From contig JABFRQ010000004.1 in NCBI GenBank assembly GCA_013141075.1, positions 3,073 to 67,072 on the forward strand: a stretch of DNA of 64,000 bases, read 5' to 3'. Positions 1 through 10,025 of this stretch are shown here, piece after piece (the first letter of the stretch is position 1; each line of letters starts with the position of its first letter). The DNA is from Methylotenera sp. Its GTDB lineage: Bacteria > Pseudomonadota > Gammaproteobacteria > Burkholderiales > Methylophilaceae. The notes below the pieces were generated by a model. The model did no database searches and was not told the origin of the DNA. It saw nothing but the letters and a program-made list of their open reading frames with translations. The translations under genes were made by a program, and so were the position numbers.

Positions 1-96
1 TGAATATAGCTTGAGCTCGTCGCTCGAAGGGCCAGAGCAGCCAAAAACAGAAACTGAAAGTAATCCAAAAATACCAATTCTTGTAAAGCTGTTCAT
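1..96 (-). CDS. Partial lipoprotein gene (5' end only), probably part of the array
   Basis: Manual translation from ATG at 96: MNSFTRIGIFGLLSVSVFGCSGPSSDELKLYS, signal peptide with lipobox VFGC, AAGGA upstream; runs off window edge. Confidence 0.6.
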   Translation of the reverse strand, partial: MNSFTRIGIFGLLSVSVFGCSGPSSDELKLYS

Positions 97-157
97 TTGC
101 AATCCTTTATTATTAGATAAAATTTACCCCATTAAACCACTACGATCTAATGTCGTG

Positions 158-191
158 GGCTAACTTAGAGCTAAGTAGCACCATGTTAGCC
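158..191 (-). other. Degenerate/collapsed attC (only R boxes left)
   Basis: GGCTAAC-N20-GTTAGCC (34 bp) overlapping the stop of 186-686; too short for L boxes. Confidence 0.5.
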
Positions 192-686
192 AACATGGCG
201 ATAATTCTTTGAGCGCCAGAGGCGCTGTTTTTTTGAAAATCGTGTAAACGCTTTTGTGTAAATTGGTTTGCAATCCCATTTAACTCTTTCCCAATCGTGC
301 TTGAGTAGCAAAGCAATGCGCTTTGAAAAAATATCCAAATCCGATTTGTTCCCAGAAAATAACTCATCGAAGTGAGAAAGAATCCTATTGTCATCTTCAT
401 CATCTTTGGGGTTAATTGAAGTCGCCAATTTTCCACGTAGACCCGCGACCTTTCCCGGAACTGGTGATTTACTGTTTTCAAAGTAAGCCTCTGAAATTTC
501 CTTTGTAATCTCCCGCATATTGTCTCGCCATTTTGCCCTCTCTTTTGTGACCTGCTCGATTTCTATAGATCTCTCGTCTTTACGCAGCGAAAGAAATGAA
601 GCCACCCACCCAGCGATGACTGGCAACGAAACGCCAGCCAACAAGGATGGAATGTCTAAGGTGATGCTAGATGGTAATGTAATCAT
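186..686 (-). CDS. Cassette: hypothetical protein with N-terminal membrane anchor
   Basis: 166-aa ORF starting just after attC 703; stop within GGCTAAC box. Confidence 0.85.
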   Translation of the reverse strand: MITLPSSITLDIPSLLAGVSLPVIAGWVASFLSLRKDERSIEIEQVTKERAKWRDNMREITKEISEAYFENSKSPVPGKVAGLRGKLATSINPKDDEDDNRILSHFDELFSGNKSDLDIFSKRIALLLKHDWERVKWDCKPIYTKAFTRFSKKQRLWRSKNYRHVG

Positions 687-1047
687 CGAGGTCTACTTAA
701 AAGGCTAACGTTTGACATAAGGGGCGCGCTTTAGCGCGTCCCGCTTAATGGATGGGTTAGGGCAAGCAACTTAACCGCCACCAAAGCCAAAACCACCACC
801 GAATTAAAAACTAAAATAGCGCGACCAAACAACAAGCCCCACCAACCGAAAACTACACTAAAACCACAAACAATAAACTACCACAAAACCAAGCTTAAAC
901 TAAACCCGAAAAACCTAAACCACCACCAAACCAAAAGCCCAAAAGCCCAAAACCAAAAGCCCAAAAGCACCTAAAACCCGATGCCCTGCGACCCAGCAAA
1001 CAAGCGGCTCGTGGCGGCATTGTTTTTAGCTAGCCCTAACGTTTGAA

Positions 1048-1407
1048 TTAAGGGGCGCCGTTAGGCGTCCCGCTTGAATGATGGGTTAGGCTAGGAAGCC
1101 AACCTTTTTGCTGCATTTGGTAAAGTAAAAAAGTAGATATTAGTGAAACGCACACGCCATAAATGATAAAGCCCAGCCCATGGGCTACTGGGTTTAAAAA
1201 ACTAAAAATTGTATTTAATTTTGGCAGTATCAAAGGCATAAGAACTAATACAAGATTTAGAACAAGGCAAAGAATTTCAAGAACACCAAGCTCTCTAGCC
1301 AATTCTGAGCGCGGATAACACTTGACAATGTATTTTGAAAATAATATCAAAGCACCAACAATGGCGGTGATTAAGAAAAGAATTAAAAATAATGCTAACC
1401 AACTCAA
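1048..1407 (-). CDS. Cassette: small integral membrane protein
   Basis: 119 aa, three hydrophobic segments; TTG start; stop lies inside attC 1034. Confidence 0.75.
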   Translation of the reverse strand: MSWLALFLILFLITAIVGALILFSKYIVKCYPRSELARELGVLEILCLVLNLVLVLMPLILPKLNTIFSFLNPVAHGLGFIIYGVCVSLISTFLLYQMQQKGWLPSLTHHSSGTPNGAP

Positions 1408-1775
1408 GTTAATGGCCTAACGTTTGACATAAGGGGCGCGCTTTAGCGCGTCCCACTTAATGGATGGGTTAGGGCAAGCAACTTTAAAGCCACCAAAGCC
1501 AAAACCACCACCGAATTAAAAACTAAAATAGCGCGACCAAACAACAAGCCCCGCCAACCGAAAACTAAACTAAAACCACAAACAATAAACCACCACAAAA
1601 CCAAACCTAAACTAAAACCACAGAACTTAAAACAACCCCAAACCAAAAGCCCAAAAGCACCTAAAACCTGATGCCCTGCGACCCAGCAAACAAGCGGCTC
1701 GTGGCGGCATTGTTTTTAGCTAACCCTAACGTTTGAATTAAGGGGCGCCGTTAGGCGTCCCGCTTGAATGAGGGG

Positions 1776-2108
1776 TTAGGTATTTGCATTAGTAATAACC
1801 TGACTTATAAATTTAAAAAATAAAGCAGAAAGTGGAGAGATAAATATTGCCACGCCATTTAATGCGACAAAAGCCTCCAACCAGTTAGTCTCGAAGTTTG
1901 CCGTGAGACTCCGATTTCGAAACATAGCTAACCCAAAAGAAAGTGCAATTATGTAGCAACCATATTGCATAAACTCATAACCTGGAAGAAACACTGTTTC
2001 ATTGGGTGTTGGATGCTCAGACATATTAAAGCTAATGGTTGAGAATACAAGAACAACAAATACTAGCCATGCGAGAACTTTGGGTGACCACTTGAACTTG
2101 CTAAGCAT
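1776..2108 (-). CDS. Cassette: small integral membrane protein
   Basis: 110 aa, about three TM segments; stop in R'' box of attC 1724. Confidence 0.8.
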   Translation of the reverse strand: MLSKFKWSPKVLAWLVFVVLVFSTISFNMSEHPTPNETVFLPGYEFMQYGCYIIALSFGLAMFRNRSLTANFETNWLEAFVALNGVAIFISPLSALFFKFISQVITNANT

Positions 2109-2788
2109 TTTTATACCTAACGTTTGACATAAGGGGCGCCGTCAGGCGTCCCACTTAATGGATGGGTTAGGGCAAGCAACTTAACAGCCACCAAAGCCAA
2201 AACCACCACCGAATTAAAAGCTAAAATAGCGCGACCAAACAACAAGCCCCACCAACCGAAAACTAAACGAAAACCACAAACAATAAACTACCACAAAACC
2301 AAACCTAAACTAAGCCCGGAAAAACTAAACTACCACAAAACCAAAAGCCCAAAAGCACCAAAACCCGATGCCCTGCGACCCAGCAAACAAGCGGCTCGTG
2401 GCGGCATTGCTTTTAGCTAGCCCTAACGTTTGACATAAGGGGCGCCGCAAGGCGTCCCACTTAATGGATGGGTTAGGGCAAGCAACTTTAAAACCACCAA
2501 AGCCAAAACCACCACCGAATTAAAAACTAAAATAGCACGACCAAACAACAAGCCCCGCCAACCGAAAACTAAACGAAAACCACAAACAATAAACTACCAC
2601 AAAACCAAACCGAAACTAAACCCGAAAAACCTAAACCACCACCAAACCAAAAGCCCCAAAGCACCTAAAACCCGATGCCCTGCGACCCAGCAAACAAGCG
2701 GCTCGTGGCGGCATTGTTTTTAGCTAGCCCTAACGTTTGAGTTAAGGGGCGCCGTTAGGCGTCCCGCTTGAATGATGGGTTAGGTAGT

Positions 2789-3100
2789 TTACCAAACAAT
2801 TTTTTTCTCCATACCCCAACCAGAACTACCTGCTTTGAAACCTTTGAACTCTAAACCTGTTTTGAATTGGAAAATAACTCTACCTACCCACTCGCCAGTT
2901 GTTTCAATTCGATAACCTAAAATAAGACCGCCAAAGAAAGATGGTTCGGCTTGTTTTTTATGAAAATAAATGTGACCACCGATAAGCTTTTCTGCAGTTT
3001 CGGGAGCTACAGCCCACCAACCACTTTCCCATTCGGAGTTGGCTTTATTAAGCATTTTCATGTTACCGAGATCTTCAATGAGGTGAATTGTGGGAGTCAT
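2789..3100 (-). CDS. Cassette: hypothetical cytoplasmic protein (Trp/Gly-rich)
   Basis: 103-aa ORF filling the space between attC 2728 and 3105. Confidence 0.85.
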   Translation of the reverse strand: MTPTIHLIEDLGNMKMLNKANSEWESGWWAVAPETAEKLIGGHIYFHKKQAEPSFFGGLILGYRIETTGEWVGRVIFQFKTGLEFKGFKAGSSGWGMEKKIVW

Positions 3101-3781
3101 AATTACCTAACGTTTGACATAAGGGGCGCCGTCAGGCGTCCCGCTTAATGGATGGGTTAGGGCAAGCAACTTAACAGCCACCAAAGCCAAAACCACCACC
3201 GAATTAAAAACCAACACAGCGCGACCAAATAACAAGCCCCACCAACCGAAAACTAAACTAAAACCACAAACAATAAACTACCACAAAACCAAGCTTAAAC
3301 TAAAACCACAGAACTTAAAACAACCCCAAACCAAAAGCCCAAAAGCACCAAAACCCGATGCCCTGCGACCCAGCAAACATGCGGCTCGTGGCGGCATTGT
3401 TTTTAACTAGCCCTAACGTTTGACATAAGGGGCGCGCTTTAGCGCGTCCCACTTAATGGATGGGTTAGGGCAAGCAACTTAACAGCCACCAAAGCCAAAA
3501 CCACCACCGAATTAAAAACTAAAATAGCGCGACCAAACAACAAGCCCCACCAACCGAAAACTACACTAAAACTACAAGCAATAAACTACCACAAAACCAA
3601 ACCTAAACTAAACCCGAAAAACCTAAACCACCACCAAACCAAAAGCCCAAAAGCACGAAAAATACCTGCCCTGCGACCCAGCAAACAAGCGGCTCGTGGC
3701 GGCATTGTTTTTAACTAGCCCTAACGTTTGACATAAGGGGCGCGCTTTAGCGCGTCCCGCTTGATGGATGGGTTGGGCATA

Positions 3782-4234
3782 TTATTTTGATGGGATGAAA
3801 ATTGGAACATATGTCTGACTTGAACCTGAGATTTTAACTCTAAACTCACTTAGTTTCTTTTCTGTTCCATCAGTAATATCGTTAAACGTACAGTCAAATG
3901 CAATACCTCTAGCGTTAGCTCGAATTTTGTATTTTTTCGATGCTTCAAAGTTGACCGTAATAAATTCGTTTACAGTTCTTCCTGAGTTGACAGCAGTAAA
4001 ACCTACTTTATGTTCTCCAGGCGGAACGCATACAGGGTTTGAGTTGGCTTGAAGGTCATCAACTTCCGCAATGCGCACGTGTGCTTCACCATCAGAGAAG
4101 AATTTAATTACGTTTGCTACATCGCCGTCAATACAAGCTGCATCAGTTTTAGCGTAGTTTTGATAGGTTGGCCCTGTTGCACAGCCAGACAATGTTAATA
4201 AAATTCCAACTAGACAAAGGTTAATTTTTTTCAT
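3782..4234 (-). CDS. Cassette: lipoprotein
   Basis: Signal peptide with lipobox LSGC; AAGAGAGAG RBS-like leader. Confidence 0.85.
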   Translation of the reverse strand: MKKINLCLVGILLTLSGCATGPTYQNYAKTDAACIDGDVANVIKFFSDGEAHVRIAEVDDLQANSNPVCVPPGEHKVGFTAVNSGRTVNEFITVNFEASKKYKIRANARGIAFDCTFNDITDGTEKKLSEFRVKISGSSQTYVPIFIPSK

Positions 4235-4314
4235 TTTGTTATCTCTCTCTTAAGGTTTATATGCCCAACGTTTGAATTAAGGGGCGCCGTTAGGCGTCCC
4301 GCTTGAATGATGGG

Positions 4315-4698
4315 TTAGCGTGCATATATTATGGCTAGTTGCTTTGCATTAGGTTTGGCTAAGGCAACAACTGTAAACCAAACATCAGGTTTTGCCAACG
4401 CAATTGAAACCTTACTAAACTTAACAAGCATTTCCGCCACACTACGGGAGCTGTAATTTACCCACATTTCGTTTTTGTTTAGGTCACACCGCCAACCTTC
4501 GTAGCTATGCACAAAATCACTGTTTTTTTTAAAATAAAAATCGCCTCCAATGACAGCGTAATTATTGGAGGCGAACCAATTAGAAAGAAGTTCTGCTTTG
4601 GAAAGAGGCCACAAAGTTTCAAATGGTAAATCAGGTTCAATTGGCTCGCCAAATTGCCTAACTTCATCAGGAAGTAAACTTAACCAATCTTCAGCCAT
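4315..4698 (-). CDS. Cassette: Imm40-like immunity protein (tentative)
   Basis: Motif AVIGGDFY...YEGWRCD resembles Imm40 family GGDvY...dnWyC. Confidence 0.55.
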   Translation of the reverse strand: MAEDWLSLLPDEVRQFGEPIEPDLPFETLWPLSKAELLSNWFASNNYAVIGGDFYFKKNSDFVHSYEGWRCDLNKNEMWVNYSSRSVAEMLVKFSKVSIALAKPDVWFTVVALAKPNAKQLAIIYAR

Positions 4699-5078
4699 TT
4701 ACTGCTCGCTAACGTTTGACATAAGGGGCGCCGTTAGGCGTCCCACTTAATGGATGGGTTAGGGCAAGCAACTTAACAGCCACCAAAGCCAAAACCACCA
4801 CCGAATTAAAAACTAAAATAGCGCGACCAAACAACAAGCCCCGCCAACCGAAAACTAAACTAAAACCACCAAACAAAAACATACCACAAAACCAAACCTA
4901 AACTAAGCCCGAAAAACTTAAACTACCACAAAACCAAAAGCCCAAAAGCACGAAAAAGCACCTGCCCTGCGACCCAATAAACAAGGGGCTCGTGGCGGCA
5001 TTGTTTTTAGCTAGCCCTAACGTTTGACATAAGGGGCGCGGTACGCGTCCCGCTTAATGGAGGGGTTAGCCATGATTT

Positions 5079-5477
5079 TTACTCTGTTAGCTTTGCTAGT
5101 TTTAGGACTTTTCGCATGGTGGATTTGTAAAGAAGCCAAGCAAGAAAAGCAGAAACAGTTAGAGATGGAAAAAATACAGCAAGCACGAGATAAGGCCAAA
5201 ATTGCAAAAATTGAGGAAGGATTGCGGGAGTGGTTGGTGATGCTAGAACTGTCGCAATTTGCAGACCAAAAGAAACTACAAGAAGCAACGCGCCAACTAC
5301 GTATTGTACTCGTTGAGCAGTTATTGAACTGGCCAAGTGTGGATTAAAGTCGTAGAACGGACTAGCTTGCAATGCGATTTGTTTTGCGGAATTGAAAGCG
5401 TTGCCAACGCAAAAAAATATGGCGGCTAAAAAGCCGACTGTTGCTGCAATTAGTGTGAGTGCAAGTTGCTCGTTCAT
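5079..5477 (-). CDS. Cassette: integral membrane protein
   Basis: 132 aa, three hydrophobic helices, between attC 5015 and 5484. Confidence 0.8.
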   Translation of the reverse strand: MNEQLALTLIAATVGFLAAIFFCVGNAFNSAKQIALQASPFYDFNPHLASSITAQRVQYVVGALLLVVSFGLQIATVLASPTTPAILPQFLQFWPYLVLAVFFPSLTVSAFLAWLLYKSTMRKVLKLAKLTE

Positions 5478-5497
5478 GATTATGGCTAACGTTTGAG

Positions 5498-5896
5498 TTA
5501 AGGGGCGCCGTTAGGCGTCCCGCTTGAATGATGGGTTAGGGCTGCCTCTTTATTGCTTTTTACTATTTCTATAAGTTGAAATGCTGGCATATCGAAACCA
5601 GTTAAATTTTTGCCGCTCCAATTAACACCAACATATATATTTTTTTCTTTTAGCTTTGGAGCTAACTCATACTCAAACTCATTCCATGGAACCTCAACTG
5701 GTTCAAAATTAGAGTACTCAGGGGTAGATTTAATGATTTTTTGAACTCTCGTTAATTTTGACCAAAAAGGCTGGATTTTTGTACCAATGCTTGAAACGAA
5801 AATAATATCTCCATTTTTACCTTTGATTGTCCATACTTTATTGTGACTAATCACATCAGCATAGAAATCATGTGCTTGTTTTCCTGAGTTGCTCAT
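5498..5896 (-). CDS. Cassette: DUF2750-family protein
   Basis: FY.DV....KVWTI...QPFWS...VGVNWSG..LTG.D pattern; stop inside attC. Confidence 0.75.
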   Translation of the reverse strand: MSNSGKQAHDFYADVISHNKVWTIKGKNGDIIFVSSIGTKIQPFWSKLTRVQKIIKSTPEYSNFEPVEVPWNEFEYELAPKLKEKNIYVGVNWSGKNLTGFDMPAFQLIEIVKSNKEAALTHHSSGTPNGAP

Positions 5897-6275
5897 AAAG
5901 CCCTAACGTTTGACATAAGGGGCGCCGTCAGGCGTCCCGCTTGATGGATGGGTTAGGGCAAGCAACTTAACAGCCACCAAAGCCAAAACCACCACCGAAT
6001 TAAAAGCTAAAATAGCGCGACCAAATAACAAGCCCCGCCAACCGAAAACTAAACTAAAACCACAAACAATAAACTACCACAAAACCAAACCTAAACTAAG
6101 CCCGAAAAACCTAAACCACCACCAAACCAAAAGCCCAAAAGCACGAAAAAGCACCTGCCCTGCGACCCAACAAACAAGCGGCTCGTGGCGGCATTGTTTT
6201 TAGCTAGCCCTAACGTTTGAATTAAGGGGCTGGCTTTAGCCAGTCCCGCTTGAATGATGGGTTATGCATAAAAAT

Positions 6276-6605
6276 TTAGTAGCCCATACTTGTAGATATA
6301 TTTGAATAGACTTTTTCACTAAAGGTAGATGCTTGTTTCAGAATCTCAGCTTCATTTTGATTGGCAATTTTTCCTGTTCTTGAAAACGACGCGCCTACCT
6401 CGTAAGCACTTTTCCAAAGCGCACTGCAATTAACGGTTCCGAGCAGACCACGCTTTTGTAAAATGTGTTGAGCAATGCCACTCATGAAGCGGTCTTGAGC
6501 ACCAGCGTAATATCCTCCAGCATTGCATATATTCAAATCTTCGTCCGCAGCAATAGCAGAAGTAGCTGACGCGAACAGAATTAGAGCTGTAATAAAAAGT
6601 CTCAT
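6276..6605 (-). CDS. Cassette: secreted hypothetical protein
   Basis: Cleavable signal peptide (ASATSAIA-A), two Cys, own AGAGGA RBS. Confidence 0.85.
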   Translation of the reverse strand: MRLFITALILFASATSAIAADEDLNICNAGGYYAGAQDRFMSGIAQHILQKRGLLGTVNCSALWKSAYEVGASFSRTGKIANQNEAEILKQASTFSEKVYSNISTSMGY

Positions 6606-6705
6606 AGTAATTATCCTCTAAACTGCATAACGTTTGAATTAAGGGGCTGGCTTTAGCCAGTCCCGCTTGAATGATGGGTTAGGGCAAGCTTTAGCTGGGC
6701 TGCCA

Positions 6706-6978
6706 TTATGGCTGTGTTTGTACAGCAATGATTGAAAACTCACTTTCACCGACCTCGATTGTTTTGCCCCATACATTTTTGATGTTTGGAATAGCCAAGA
6801 ACTCACCGCGGTATGCCTTGGATGTCAGCTCTTTGTGAAGTGCTGGAGTGAGCGCTGGCAAAGAACCTGCTGGGATGTTTGAACACCAAGAAGAAATGAA
6901 GCCTTTGAAATTGCTATGGCTCCCTTGGGTAACACGGCTGGCACCTTTGTACGAAACGATATATGTGTATAGCGGCAT
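6706..6978 (-). CDS. Cassette: hypothetical protein
   Basis: 90-aa ORF between attC 6625 and 6990. Confidence 0.8.
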   Translation of the reverse strand: MPLYTYIVSYKGASRVTQGSHSNFKGFISSWCSNIPAGSLPALTPALHKELTSKAYRGEFLAIPNIKNVWGKTIEVGESEFSIIAVQTQP

Positions 6979-7362
6979 TTAATGGAAAGCCCTAACGTTT
7001 GACATAAGGGGCGCCGTCAGGCGTCCCGCTTGATGGATGGGTTAGGGCAAGCAACTTAACAGCCACCAAAGCCAAAACCACCACCGAATTAAAAGCTAAA
7101 ATAGCGCGACCAAATAACAAGCCCCGCCAACCGAAAACTAAACTAAAACCACAAACAATAAACTACCACAAAACCAAACCTAAACTAAGCCCGAAAAACC
7201 TAAACCACCACCAAACCAAAAGCCCAAAAGCACGAAAAAGCACCTGCCCTGCGACCCAACAAACAAGCGGCTCGTGGCGGCATTGTTTTTAGCTAGCCCT
7301 AACGTTTGACATAAGGGGCGCCGCAAGGCGTCCCGCTTGATGGATGGGTTAGAAGCTGTTGA

Positions 7363-7869
7363 TTAGAGCGCATAAGTGACCTTATTCTCTGAAACAGTAA
7401 CTTTTTTAGTAGATTGTAATTGTTGAACAATAGTGGAAAGTTCAGAGTCTGGTAACCCGCTGGGGAAAAGTGAAACAATGGTGCTTTTCAATGTTTTTAG
7501 TGTTCTCGGTTTCGAGTTTCCGCGCTGCTTCAAGTTAGCAACTACAAGTGCAAGTTTATCGCTTTTTGGTTGTGCGATGACAGGTGCTTTGGATTGTGTA
7601 GCCACTTTAGCAGAGCCAACCCCATTGGGGCATTTGAATTGCCCCTTTTGGTTTAGAACGACCTGAAATTTTTCTTTGAGAGACATGCTGCCGAGTAATC
7701 GGTTGACTGTTTTGCAGCAGGCAACACAGTTTTCATCGCTGTTACTTCCACCATTAGCTGAGGCAAATAGATGTTCAACACTTGCTTCTGTTTTAGGTAA
7801 TGGTTGTTTGCAGAAAAAACACAAGCCACCTTGAACAAACATTAAGCGGTCGAGAGGTTTAGTTGGCAT
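7363..7869 (-). CDS. Cassette: HNH endonuclease with C-terminal helical (wHTH-like) domain
   Basis: CFFC...SVEHLFASANGGSNSDENCVACC..VN HNH signature, low-complexity linker, 60-aa C-terminal domain. Confidence 0.8.
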   Translation of the reverse strand: MPTKPLDRLMFVQGGLCFFCKQPLPKTEASVEHLFASANGGSNSDENCVACCKTVNRLLGSMSLKEKFQVVLNQKGQFKCPNGVGSAKVATQSKAPVIAQPKSDKLALVVANLKQRGNSKPRTLKTLKSTIVSLFPSGLPDSELSTIVQQLQSTKKVTVSENKVTYAL

Positions 7870-7875
7870 AAGCTT

Positions 7876-8166
7876 CTAACGTTTGACATAAGGGGCGCCG
7901 CAAGGCGTCCCGCTTAATGGATGGGTTAGGGCAAGCAACTTAACAGCCACCAAAGCCAAAACCACCACCGAATTAAAAACTAAAATAGCGCGACCAAACA
8001 ACAAGCCCCACCAACCGAAAACTAAACGAAAACCACAAACAATAAACCACCACAAAACCAAGCTTAAACTAAAACCACAGAACTTAAAACCACCCCAAAC
8101 CAAAAGCCAACAGCATGAAAAAGTACCTGCCCTGCGACCCAATAAACATGCGGCTCGTGGCGGCAT
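7876..8166 (-). CDS. Only fully open copy of the repeat-cassette ORF (96 aa, hydrophobic); may not be a real protein
   Basis: Same ATG as all other copies, but a 1-nt indel and TGG instead of TAG let it read through the attC to the GTTAG stop. Confidence 0.35.
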   Translation of the reverse strand: MPPRAACLLGRRAGTFSCCWLLVWGGFKFCGFSLSLVLWWFIVCGFRLVFGWWGLLFGRAILVFNSVVVLALVAVKLLALTHPLSGTPCGAPYVKR

Positions 8167-9705
8167 TGTTTTTAGCTAGCCCTAACGTTTGACATAAGGG
8201 GCGCGCTTTAGCGCGTCCCACTTAATGGATGGGTTAGGGCAAGCAACTTAACCGCCACCAAAGCCAAAACCACCACCGAATTAAAAACTAAAATAGCGCG
8301 ACCAAATAACAAGCCCCGCCAACCGAAAACTACACTAAAACCACCAACAATAAACTACCACAAAACCAAACCTAAACTAAACCCGAAAAACCTAAACCAC
8401 CACCAAACCAAAAGCCCAAAAGCACGAAAAAGCACCTGCCCTGCGACCCAATAAACATGCGGCTCGTGGCGGCATTGTTTTTAGCTAGCCCTAACGTTTG
8501 ACATAAGGGGCGCCGAAGGCGTCCCGCTTGATGGATGGGTTAGGGCAAGCAACTTAACCGCCACCAAAGCCAAAACCACCACCGAATTAAAAACTAAAAT
8601 AGCGTGACCAAACAACAAGCCCCACCAACCGAAAACTAAACGAAAACCACAAACAATAAACTACCACAAAACCAAACCTAAACTAAACCCGAAAAACCTA
8701 AACCACCACCAAACCAAAAGCCCAAAAGCACCTAAAACCCGATGCCCTGCGACCCAATAAACATGCGGCTTGCGGAGGCATGGTTTTACGAAGCCCTAAC
8801 GTTTGACATAAGGGGCGCCGTTAGGCGTCCCACTTAATGGATGGGTTAGGGCAAGCAACTTAACAGCCACCAAAGCCAAAACCACCACCGAATTAAAAAC
8901 TAAAATAGCGCGACCAAACAACAAGCCCCGCCAACCGAAAACTAAACTAAAACCACAAGCAATAAACTACCACAAAACCAAACCTAAACTAAACCCGAAA
9001 AACCTAAACTACCACCAAACCAAACGCTAATAGCACGAAAAAACAACTGCCCTGCGACCCAGCAAACAAGCGGCTCGTGGCGGCATTGTTTTAGCTAGCC
9101 CTAACGTTTGACATAAGGGGCGCCGCAAGGCGTCCCACTTAATGGATGGGTTAGGGCAAGCAACTTAACAGCCACCAAAACCTAAACCACCACCGAATTA
9201 AAAACTAAAATAGCGCGACCAAACAACAAGCCCCACCAACCGAAAACTAAACTAAAACCACAAACAAAAAACTACCACAAAACCAAACCTAAACTAAGCC
9301 CGAAAAACCTAAACCACCACCAAACCAAAAGCCCAAAAGCACCTAAAACCCAATGCCCTGCGACCCAGCAAACATGCGGCTCGTGGCGGCATTGTTTTTA
9401 GCTAGCCCTAACGTTTGACATAAGGGGCGCCGCAAGGCGTCCCACTTAATGGATGGGTTAGGGCAAGCAACTTAACAGCCACCAAAACCTAAACCACCAC
9501 CGAATTAAAAACCAAAATAGCGCGACCAAACAACAAGCCCCACCAACCAAAAACTAAACTAAAACCACCAAACAATAAACCACCACAAAACCAAACCTAA
9601 ACTAAACCCGAAAAACCTAAACCACCACCAAACCAAAAGCCTAAAAGCACCTAAAACCCGATGCCCTGCGACCCAGCAAACATGCGGCTCGTGGCGGCAT
9701 TGATT

Positions 9706-9999
9706 TTAGCTAGCCCTAACGTAATAATTAACCTGCACGCCGTGGCGTGTCAGGGTTGAATGATGGGTTAGGCGATTAGACTGCTTGCGAATGAGCCGCC
9801 ACACACACCAGACAAACAGGCCAAAGAAAATAACGGATAGAGCCAAACTTGGATAAGCCCAAGCAGCCGCACGTTCCGCAGACCATGATCCGTTTGCATT
9901 CATCCATGTGTAGAAGATGAACGAGCCAAACGCATAAAATGACGCAATGGGTGCTACAACGACCCCGACCCAATACAAAATTCGTGTGCGCTTAGTCAT
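9706..9999 (-). CDS. Cassette: small membrane protein
   Basis: Two TM segments; reads through atypical attC 9714; preceded by lone GTTAGGT at 10007-10013. Confidence 0.75.
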   Translation of the reverse strand: MTKRTRILYWVGVVVAPIASFYAFGSFIFYTWMNANGSWSAERAAAWAYPSLALSVIFFGLFVWCVWRLIRKQSNRLTHHSTLTRHGVQVNYYVRAS

Positions 10000-10025
10000 G
10001 AGATATACCTAACGATAGACCACTT

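Noticed and set aside
140-481. Alternative-frame ORF overlapping 186-686, and similar short ORFs starting or ending in attCs (520-708, 2951-3148, 4565-4750, 5017-5199, 17691-17891)
   Set aside because: Shadow ORFs produced by the open frames of attC palindromes; no independent coding signal.
5057-5347. Plus-strand 96-aa ORF with a plausible TM and coiled segment
   Set aside because: Antisense to a full-length cassette gene that has the expected orientation and attC-linked ends; begins inside an attC.
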